Assembly: GCA_964270895.1 (NCBI GenBank) | Contig: OZ185440.1 | Length of the DNA: 64,000 bases | Reading direction: 5' to 3' (one strand) | Source: Podarcis filfolensis | Taxonomy: Eukaryota | Shown: positions 54,042 to 64,000 of the stretch, piece after piece | How the letters are laid out: every line of letters begins with the position of its first letter | How positions within the stretch are numbered: position 1 is the first letter of the stretch | Translations under genes and position numbers: made by a program | The notes under the pieces: model-generated | Databases searched by the model: none | The model's input: the letters and a program-made list of their open reading frames with translations, nothing else | What the model was told of the DNA's origin: nothing

Positions 54042-54285
54042 CAGTCATACCTTGGGATAAATGTGCTTCAAAGTTAAGTATTTTCAGGTTGTGCTCCGCG
54101 GCGACCCGGAAGTAACGGAGCACGTTACTTCTGGGTTTTGCCGCGTGCATGCGCAGACAGTCAAAATGACGTCACGCACATGCACGGAAGCGGCGAAACG
54201 CAACCTGCACAGACGCGGGTTGCGTTCACTTCAGGATACGAACTGGGCTCCAGAACGGATCCCGTTCGTATCCCGAGGTACACTG
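54042..54285. mobile_element. Tc1/mariner MITE (related subfamily)
   Basis: TA|CAGTCATACCTTGGGATA ... TATCCCGAGGTACACTG|TA; CpG-rich interior. Confidence 0.85.
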
Positions 54286-54972
54286 TATAGCATCTTGTGA
54301 CCTCTCGTTCGATGTTTTGCTTCCATTTGATTTGCTGCATTGCAAATCAGTGTGGAATGTGACTGCTGTTTTTCAGATCATCCAAACCCATCATTTCCAC
54401 CCATTATGCACACTTGCAGTCGTATCTGTAACCTGATCCCATTTGGTGATGGGGTATTTGATTTAGAACTCAGAGACACGTACCGTAAGCTATGGATGTG
54501 CTTGCCCTTGGATGAGTTTTCTTCTGTTTTGTGCCCCATAGTTATAATTTCTAAATGCATCTGTGTCTTTTCTTATGGAACACAATGAGATATCTTTGGA
54601 AGCTAGGTAGGAATTAGCTGTTGCAGATACAAGCAGGACCTCTCGTATTTCAAGGACTTCAAATCTACTCTGAACCTGATAAACTACAAGTCACTTTTAT
54701 CTATTTTTACCCTACCTTTGAGATACAAAGTGGCTTCCAAAGCGGCTCAAAGGGATAAATATCTTATACCAATGATAATTAAAATCCAGCACCTAATTGT
54801 CCTTGAGGAAGGGATTCTCAGCTGGGTGTGCGTTGAGGTATGATGCCTGGCTTCTACCTCCCCTTCCTTGATAGCTTAATGAGGCAGCCCAGGAGGCCCC
54901 CAAATGGCCACCCAGAGAACTGTGTGCGATGAGGGCAGCAGCAAACAGGTCCAGCATCAGCACATGGGCCAA

Positions 54973-55110
54973 CTTAGAATCATAGAATTGTAGAGTTGAA
55001 AGAGGCCATGAGGGTCATCTAGTCCAATCTCCTGCAGTGCAGGAATCTTTTTGCCCAATGTGGGTCTCGAACCATGACCCTGAGTTTAAGAGTTTCTACC
55101 AACTGAGCTG
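54973..55110 (-). mobile_element. SINE: tRNA-Lys(CTT)-derived head plus CR1 3' tail
   Basis: Minus: CAGCTCAGTTGGTAGA..ACTCTTAAACTCAGGGTCATGGTTCGAGACCCACATTGGGC (A box, CTT anticodon loop, B box), then GGACTAGATGACCCT...TTCTATGATTCT as in the CR1 end at 58725-58795. Confidence 0.8.
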
Positions 55111-56006
55111 TCTGATACTGGGCACTATAGCATCCTTCCTTTCTTCTTACTTTGAAATATATTTTATAGTCAGGAAGCAGCTCAGCAGTCATATACATGG
55201 TTCCAGATGTTCATTTTATTATTTTTACATTAAAAAGACACCATCTTTTTCTACAACAAAATGATGGTTATTCCCAAGTAAATGTGTTCATCATCAGGTG
55301 AGCAGAAGCAAACTGCATTGTATTTCTGTAGTTATGATAGTGCTGTGATTTAAGTGGATTTAAAATGTGAATTTGTAAATGCTCAGATTTGTTGACAGAC
55401 TGTTTGGGAGGGCTTTGCTCTAACAAAACAGCAATTTAGAAACAGTTGAAAAACATGGAATTACAGCAGAGAAGAGAAATGTTAATTGTGTGCTTCAAAA
55501 CTGCTATAATATACATGACTGTTCAAAGGGTTTGACATGGCCTAGCAGCAGCACTAGGCTAGAGTTGGATCTAGGCATGATGGACGAGTGCCTGATTGCT
55601 GTCTCCACACCCTGTTTGCTTCTGCCACAAATACATGGATGTTTCAGTCTAGAGCTAATGCATTTTAGATTTTGTTTTGCATTGTGGATTATAATGAGTC
55701 AACAGGACCATGATTGTTATAGTATAAGGACATAGGTGCCATTTCCCCCCTAAAAACAGGATTTTCATTGAGTGTGAAGCACTTTAGTTGGTAGCCATGG
55801 CCAGGGTCACTCTGCCCATGCCAATGAACTGTGGTTAGTGAGTCACTGTGCCTGAAGTACTTGACCAGAAGCCAATGAGCTGGTGGGGTGTGTGTGTGTG
55901 TGTGTATGGAAGTGGGATTTGAACATGCATTCTTCTAGTTCCAAGTGGGTACCCTAAACCCCAGTCAGCTAAGAGTGTAGCTCTCTCCTCCCCTTGCCCT
56001 CCCATT

Positions 56007-56155
56007 CAGTGGCGTAGCGTGGGTTGTCAGCACCCGGGGCAAGGCAAGTAATTCGCGCCCCCTAACCCGTGGATTTGCACCCCCTAACCCTAACCCCCAG
56101 ATGTTGTGTGCCCGGTGCGGCCGGCCCCCCCTGCACCCCCCACGCTACGCCATTG
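56007..56155. mobile_element. hAT-type MITE, copy 2 (inverted relative to copy 1)
   Basis: Same TIRs; exact 8-bp TSD CTCCCATT (55999-56006, 56156-56163). Confidence 0.92.
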
Positions 56156-58679
56156 CTCCCATTTGCTGGTAGGTAGAACAGCACAGAAGTCAGGACCCAG
56201 AGGCTGGACTGCCATGGCAAGGACGGTTTGTTTAATTAATTGTTTTGCCTGATTTCCATAACAAACTGGTGGCTTGTCTTCAGCGTGGCTCCCTCATTCA
56301 TTACCGTTAATTAGATATGGATCTCCCGAATGGCAGCAGAGAGTGATGGACGAGCCTCCTGACACGTGCTATTATGCATTAGCATTTTCTCAATACATTC
56401 AATAGATCATCTCTCTCTTTTTGAAGATATTTTAAATAAAATATTAGCTGCTCAATCTGTGAGATTTATGTCCCTCCTCCCATCCCATGAATGCTCTATC
56501 AGGCTGGGCAGGAAGTAGTTAATTATTTATTTCAGCACCTCCATTTACATGCATCCAGGTAGTGACCAGAAATGTAGAGTGGATCTCTTTGCCCTTATTT
56601 GAACCCTATTATCTTTGTGGAGTGGGATGATTTGTCTAAAGCCACCTTGGGAGACAGTGGCAGCCCAAGATGCTAAATTCATCTGTCATGTTTATGATCT
56701 CTTTTTTCTTCCCTTATAACTTCCCTCATCTTTCTTGTTATTGTTGCTTTGGTTTTTGAATTATAATGAAGAGTACTGATGCTAGCTTGCTACTTGGCTT
56801 CAGTTCCTCAGGACTGGCTTTGAACATAAACTCCTGTCCCCATCCTGTTTAATGCCGGGGCTTAGCCCTGGAACAAGTGAAATCATGGCTGTTCTTCACA
56901 ACCAGTCCTCTGCTGCCTTTGTGTGTGTGGGAGTGTCTGTCCCACCAATTGTCTTCCTCATTATTGTGAAACACACAAAAATTCCAGGACACAAAATGTT
57001 GGAGAGTGCCTCTGGCAGAAGTGGCACTACAACTGGACTTTGGCTGAGGCTAAGGAGGCAGTAATTTGCTTCTCATGTGGGTAATCCGAGGCAAGAATTG
57101 AAGCTAGGAATTTCCTTTCCCCCAAAGCAGACCCACAGAAAGGTGGTTGGGTGCCTGTGTATGTGTGTCTTGGATCGACCTGTCTGCATATGATGTTTGC
57201 ACACTTGCAGTAATGGCGCCACCTCCATCTTCCAAGTCAGCAGAGCTGTTGACCTCCAGCCCCTGATTCCCAGCCTGCCTTTGACTTGGTACTGGGGCCC
57301 ATGTAACTCTACACCTGAGCCTGTGTTCTTCTAATGTAAGCCCTTATAGATCTGTTTGGGCTGTGCCTGGGTCTCCCTCTCTCAGGCCAGGGAAATGACA
57401 AAATAATGCAGCTGCCCTGACTTCATTACCAGAGTGTTTAACAAACCTGACACCCTCCTTCACTGCACTAAGTGTGACGTTAACCTTTGACCTCCCCGGG
57501 CTGTATCGACAGTGTCAAAGGACAGCCGGGACAGGCACATACCAGTCAATCTTAATCGGTTTCTCAGCTCTCAGCTGGGATCAGAGAACCATTAAAGACT
57601 AAGCAGGTGGTTTCAGGCAGCACTAGCAAAGGGTGAAATAGGAATATGGGCAATGCCTGTGCTGGCTAGTTTCAGAGTTTAGCTGCTTGTCCATCTCTTA
57701 CAGCAATAACATCTTGTGCTTCAGAAAGGGGTGCCTCCTCTTTTCAACACAACTCAAGAAGATGTGTGAACTATCATCAAGAAATTGAATTGTGGTTCTT
57801 AATCTGGTCCCTTTCTGTTCTTTCTCAGCATTTAGAGACTGATAGCTTTAGTCCTGGAGGTGTCAATTCTCTAAAAGGGGTTGTCAGAAAACTCAACAAA
57901 TATTTATTCTTAACTCAATCAGCTGACTGCCCTCAGATTGGCTTCATGTGTGAACGTGTGACATACAACATAATAGTCTAGTATTGCCGTGACCAAAGGG
58001 AATTATGGCTATTCTAGGACTTTAGGAAGGTGATGAAAATAGGAGAAATTGAGAGGAAAGGCTGTGCTATAAAGGTTTGAAAGGATGAGGGAACAGGCAT
58101 GGGTTGATCTCTAGAAAAGAAGAATGAGTGTGGATGTGAATAGTTTTGAGAGGTAAATGCCCCAGTTGGGCAAAGGCAATGCACATGGAGAATCAGGCTT
58201 CCATAACCACAGTTGGTACGGATGCACGTTCAGTGCTTATCTGATCACTGTTTAATTGACCAGATGAGTCTTTTGATGTGCATGGAAATGCACATCCCTT
58301 TTTGGAACATTATCTGTATGTGCCCAGCTGAACTGGAGACCAAAGTGGTGGTGGTGTTTATTTCTCCACTAGGAATTCTAATTAATGCAAAGTTACAAGG
58401 AGGTTACATGCAGAATAGATTGAAGCAGTAGGAAAAAAGTGGTGGGTATCCGGAACTGGAAATCTAAAAAGCATCAAAAGCCCATCATTGATAGATGTGG
58501 TTTCCAACACTATAGTATGAACAACTCTCTTGTTGAGTTTGGTTTGAAGTTTTAACTGTTGATATTTTACAATGCAGCGTAAGTAAGATAATAATAATAT
58601 TGTGACGGTATAAAATCCTTAGCAATTTGACAGTTGTTCAGCGTTCTTAAACTTCAACATATTGGCAAAAAACAACAGA

Positions 58680-58795
58680 GGCTTGACAACCATATGTCAG
58701 GAGTGCTCTGATGGTGTTTCCTGCTTGGCAGGGGGTTGGACTCGATGGCCCTTGTGGTCTCTTCCAGCTCTATGATTCTATGATTCTATGATTCT
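58680..58795 (+). mobile_element. CR1 LINE 3' end
   Basis: GGGGTTGGACTCGATGGCCCTTG...(TATGATTC)3 tail. Confidence 0.88.
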
Positions 58796-60884
58796 AACAG
58801 TAATTTTTGAGAAAATAGTTCTTCTATTAGTGGACAAATGCACAAAAACTGCTACATTTGTATACAGCAGTAATCACTCTCACTGTTTGCTTACTGAGCT
58901 GTGAGATGCAAAGGGTAGCAGTTTCTGTCATCTCTTCTTGTCTTTCAAGTGCTTCTCATTGTCAGAAATATTTCTGAGTTGAACATAATTTTTAAAGTCA
59001 TCCCTCCTCATCTTTCAGTGACTCTGATTCTCAATATGCATTCATTTTCTTTAGAATTTGCCTGCAACTGTGGGCAAAGAGCCACTAGAGAATTCTTTGA
59101 GGATGGTTGTCATCTGTTCAGTTAAAGGGACTTTGCTCAGCTCCCCCCGCCAGCTTGCCTTCCCTTAAGATCCTATGGACTCACAGTTAATTCTGAGGCA
59201 TCTCTTTGTCTTGCATGATGACTCATAGCTCTTCATAAAGTATTTCTTAATTTAAACTTGTTGCCATTATCTTTCTCTATAATTCCAAGGAATTTTGCCC
59301 CCAATAATCCCTCATGTTAAAATCCTGGGGTTAAACAAGACACTTGCTTTATCTGCCCTAGGCATGCATTATATTTGGCACTTGTTTATTTCTTAATTAT
59401 ACTAATACCCACACTTCCTCCTATTGGAGCCCAGGGCAGTTAACAACCATCTTAAAACCATACAGATATGCCCACTTATCTGATGTCTTTATTGAAGCTT
59501 TGATGCTGTATTAGGATGACCATGGGAGGACTGAAAACATCTTAGACTTGCAAAGATTAAGCCTGGCTTTTAAATGAATGTTTATAATTTAATTACGATT
59601 TAAAAAATATTAACCTGAAAAGCCAGCGAGGTTCTAATATGTCCTACCACAACACCTTTTGTCATCTTTCCAAGAGTTGCTACCTCTTTTCTGGCAGGGC
59701 TTAAGTTTTCAGTAGCTGTATGATAAGCAGACATTCAGCAGGTCAAGCTTTTCTTGGTATGTGGATTCAGTAGTGGAGGGAAGCATCTTGCTGCTTGTTA
59801 TCCAACTCTTAAGAGTACAGGAAAAAGAAATTTGACCAGCCTATATCTTGCTGCTATTGATGAATACAAATGAAATGCTTCCTGTCATAGGAGCCAACTC
59901 CTAGGGGCAGGTCCCTTTGACCCTCCTAAAATATTTGAGGGGGCCGGGCTCAACAGAGTTGGTGGGCATTGCCATTCAAATGGTGTGTGTGTGTCTTGTG
60001 ACCAAATTATGTGGGGTGGTGCTTACCTGCCCCCCCCCATATTTTATTCAGGTTGGCACCCCTACTCCCTGTACCTATTGCATGGCAATGCCTGGTGATT
60101 TTGTGTCTAAGGCAGGGATGGGAAACATGTGACCTTGTAGATGTTGCTGGACTTCTACCATCTCTGCCTTTGGGCTGGGGAGCAGGGCAGTGGATGCCCC
60201 GGGCCACCTGATCTCTTCACCCTTCTGCTGCTTGGACTCCAGTCTGCTCACTCCTTTCCATTTCAGGTGTCCTTGTTGCACTGTGCCTGCCTAAACATAG
60301 CTACTGTGGGCACAGGAACAGTTGACAGAGTGGCTAAAAAAAAGAAAAGGCAGGCAAGTCAGCTGTTGTGCTGCTTCTGGATCTTAGCATACCATAAATG
60401 AAGCTTTTGTTAAGGGAATATAGGCTGTAAGACCCATTGGAATAAATGGGACAAACTCCTGAGTAAATGTCCACAAGTTCAATAGGGATGGGGAATTTGT
60501 GGCCCTCCAAATTTGGTCTGTCATTCCTACATATGCTTGTTGTGGATGATGGCGGGGGGTTGAGATGGGCAGATAAGGGAAGAGTGGGGGCTGCAGGTTG
60601 TGCTGTCCTGCAGCGCCCTTGTCGGGTGGTGGTGTGTATGTGTGTGTGTGTGTGAGAGAGAGAGAGAGTGAAGTTAATGATGGTGGCAGCCGCCCTGCTG
60701 CTGGTTCCTTCCTCACAGCCTTCCTGTAATGGTTGCGTGTTCTGCAGTGGCACCAGTGGGCCTGTGAGGAGGAGAGGGTGGGGAGGCTGTGCATAGCCTT
60801 CTAAAATAATTTTTGCATTACATTTTGTTTAATAAATAAATACATTATTGTGTATATTAAATAATATTCAGTATATTGCACATA

Positions 60885-61115
60885 CAGTGGTACCTCTGGT
60901 TACGAACTTAATTCGTTCTGGAGGTCCGTTCTTAACCTGAAACCGTTCTTAACCTTAGGTACCACTTTAGCTAATGGGGCCTCGTGCTGCTGCCGCACGA
61001 TTTCTGTTCTTATCCTGGGGCAAAGTTCTTAACCCGAGGTACTACTTCCAGGTTAGCAGAGTCTGTACCCCGAAGTGTTTGTAACCCGAGGTGTTTGTAA
61101 CCTAAGGTACCGCTG
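60885..61115. mobile_element. Tc1/mariner (Tigger-like) MITE
   Basis: TA|CAGTGGTACCTCTGGTTAC ... GTAACCTAAGGTACCGCTG|TA; same orientation as 25869 copy. Confidence 0.92.
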
Positions 61116-64000
61116 TATTTTAATTTACAATATGAAAATTTAAGTTCAGTGGCCTGTGAGTTCTGTGTCGAAGTGCCCCCTTGGTCTGAGAGGTTGAACC
61201 ACCCTGATGTAGTCTCTTTTGCTGACTGCAATTTCTCTTGCTTTGAAAGACTGTTCTTACCAGCAGATGTCAGCATTGATCCACACAGAAGACTCACTAA
61301 CACTTCCACTACTCTGCATTTGCCCTGTGGTACAGTGCATAGAAGCACAGGAGGCCCTGGGATATTTGATGTTGAGCAACATGAGCTAGCCCGACTTTGA
61401 TGGATGGTAAAGTGGTCCTCCCATATTCTGAGCCTTTCTGTGTGTGATCTGCTTTCATTTGCATGGATCTATTTTCTCTGGTCAACCTTTCTGCAACTCT
61501 GGAGGAGTCAGGAGGTGAATGTTAACTCCCGGAATACTCTCTGCTCCTACCCCCCCCCCATACACCAGCCTGATATTTGTCAGAATGCAGCATGGTGATC
61601 TGAAATAACAGTTGTGGTCTATAGGAGTATGTTCTGACAAAATCTTGATGATAATGGGGAATCTGGTAGTAGGGGTCTGTTGAGGGGGATTGCAACATTA
61701 AAATAACCTCTTCTCTTTCAAACATGGGGTGAGCATGAATACAACTTTGTGGTTTTGTTGGCAGCAGGGGCTATAAAGACTGCACCTGTTCAAATGACCC
61801 TGGCTCAGAGGGACTGTGCCTGAGCATAATGGAGCAGCAGCTCCAGGGAGCTAACTACCTATTGATACTGAGCATATGAATGGGAATGAGAGAGCTGCTT
61901 TCTTTATGACCCGATACAGTTTTTATTGTGTGGAATTAGATCTTGAAAATAAACTCCCCAACCTGCAATCACAAGGGCTTAAGGGAACATATATCAGCAG
62001 GGAACTATGTGCTGGGAAGGCAGGACGAAGAGGTAGGCATGTGGCTGAAGGATTCTGGAAGGAGCAGCAGTCCCTTGGCCTGTCTCTCAGGCCTTCTTAT
62101 GGGGCACCATGGAGCCAGACTTGGCTCGATGGAGGTTTATTCCCAAGATCTAATATCTGCCCACTTCCTTAAAAATTCTCAGAGTTTAAAAAAGAGAGCA
62201 GGTGTTTCTGATATATTTTGGGGTATTCCTAATTTGATATAAAGAAGCTGTTTGTTGCCAGTGACCCAGCTGGTGAGCACAGCAGGATATTAACTACTCA
62301 GACCTCGAAAATAGAATAAGACAAACCCAAATACTTCCCTGGTCTTATTTTTAGCTACACCTTTTGGTAGGATGATTCAAATTATGACTGTTAATGTGAA
62401 CATTAAACTAAGACTGTTAATGTTCACAAATGTACAAATAATTACTTGAAGCGAAAGCTTAGCACTAAAAGGACGGGTACAAAGGTTCAAGCCTCCCTGG
62501 AAGTCATGGTTGGAACTGATAGTCCTGTTTACTCCTCGCAGATGCATGATGAGTCTAGTGCTGATTTACTAATGGAGACCCTAAGAAGAATCTGAAAACT
62601 GCCTTTCACTGAGAGAATAAGGAGTTTTGTGTGAGAATTTAGACCCATGTTATGCACTAATGATCTACACAGAATTGGAATAAGTAAAGTGACGAGTTCA
62701 CCTTAGCTTGCTAGTAAAATTGCACACCTGACATGCTTTCACTATCAAGGTACAGCCTCACTGTGGTGATTTGAGGGATTGAATAAACTTGTGCAGCTCA
62801 TCGACTCCCCAGAGGTCACATGCTGGATCAACCCCCTTCAGCGCAGCTGTTAAAAGTTAACAGGAGCCTTGTTCTCTATTGCATCTGCTCACCTGTCTCC
62901 CTATATGGTTGGTGATGGCCCAGAAAAGACTTTGCTGCTTCCATGACTTCATGCTGTTGAAAGGAGGACTTTCTAAGGTAAGGAGAGTGATTTTTTCTTC
63001 CTGAGTTGCCAAAGTGGAAGCACAGGCATGTGCTGTACAGACACAGCCTTAGTACCGTGGTGAAATCCACTCAATATTTTGGTTTGGCTGAATTCCTACT
63101 CAAACCTTTACTTCTCCCCAGTTTGGAGAACCTGTATCCCACTATGTTTGCTCTGGTTTGCTCTGGTTTGTATTGTTAGGAGTGCATCACTCTGGTTACT
63201 GGGAGACAGCAAAATAAACAAGAGGGTGAGTTCACCTGGGATGGGGCTTTATTTGCCCTCAGGGCAGCTGACCATTTGCTGGACAAGCGGTTCCAAACAA
63301 GGAGGGCTAGATGAGGCAGTTATTGCACTTTCCAAACTCGCTCACAATCCAGTGTGTGCAATGTGAAGTCATAAACGCTTTACGGATAGTCAATACTAAG
63401 ATTTTTCTCGCTCTGCCCCATAAACTGGAAAATCCTCCTCTCCCACCCCTTTGGCTCTAGGGAGCAACAAAGCCCAGGACAGATATTAAAACAGTCACAT
63501 TTCAGGAATCAACTGCTGCTGCCCGACCTTGATCTGCTTAGCTTGTTATTGCTCTTGATGGTGCCTGGGATTTGAGAAGTAGCTCTGAATTTCAGATTGT
63601 GCCTCTGGTTTCTGAAATGTTGTCACTTTGGAGAGGCAAGATAAGAACTGGTGTCCTGGAAACTCCTTTGGATTCTAAACTCCTCTGAGTAGGTTGTTTG
63701 GCATTTGCTGTTAGCTTTGATGCTGCTGCCAGTGCTGAGCCAGGTGGCAGCCCGGGCCTGACTCTGCAAGGCGCCGGGTGCAATCCACCTCAGCGCCTAG
63801 TGGATCAAGGCGTTTGGATGTTGCTGAGGGGTGCAGGGCCTGTCAGCAGCATCAGCCTGGCTTTGCAAGGTGTGGGGTGAAATCCACCCCAGCACTTAAC
63901 CAAGCGGAGTTGGATGGTGCTGCTGATTTGCATCTTGTAAATAATTATCTACTCAGAAGAAAGCCACACTGTGTTCAGTGGGCCTTACTCCCAGGTAAGG

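Noticed and set aside
55050-55110. Functional tRNA-Lys gene
   Set aside because: Deletion after the D arm, mismatched acceptor stem and fusion to a CR1 tail indicate a SINE head.
57484-57530. Interleaved inverted repeats (A-B-A'-B') suggesting an RNA pseudoknot
   Set aside because: One loop would be 0 nt and the central loop 9 nt, unlike H-type geometry; no evidence of transcription; better explained as paired TF sites.
62540-62600. Box C/D snoRNA-like ATGATGA...CTGA...CTGA
   Set aside because: Only ~50 nt between boxes, weak terminal stem, no recognisable rRNA guide and no identified host gene.

Overview
Vertebrate genomic DNA, most likely a squamate and probably a lacertid lizard (inferred from the Bov-B, CR1, L2, Penelope and MITE repertoire; not verifiable here). 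Three intron-containing genes were assembled by hand from splice signals, phase continuity and recalled human orthologues: (1) KIF2C/MCAK (kinesin-13), + strand, 19 exons 1873-18959, with the first ~2 exons upstream of the window; (2) ARMH1 (C1orf228), - strand, 11 coding exons 37737-25471, ~435 aa, with one GC-AG intron; (3) TMEM53, + strand, 3 exons 42203-44626, 277 aa, head-to-head with ARMH1 across a CpG-island promoter with RFX/ETS motifs. KIF2C converges on ARMH1, unlike the tandem human order. Between their 3' ends is a decayed L1-clade LINE holding three nested insertions, including a Penelope-type inverted repeat with two opposed minimal hammerhead ribozyme motifs. The 45-64 kb part has no recognisable exons but carries many MITEs, CR1/SINE pieces and two enhancer-like blocks. 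Most ORFs in the supplied track are spurious. No CRISPR, rRNA or intact tRNA gene was seen. Coordinates were counted by hand; repeat ends are approximate where stated.
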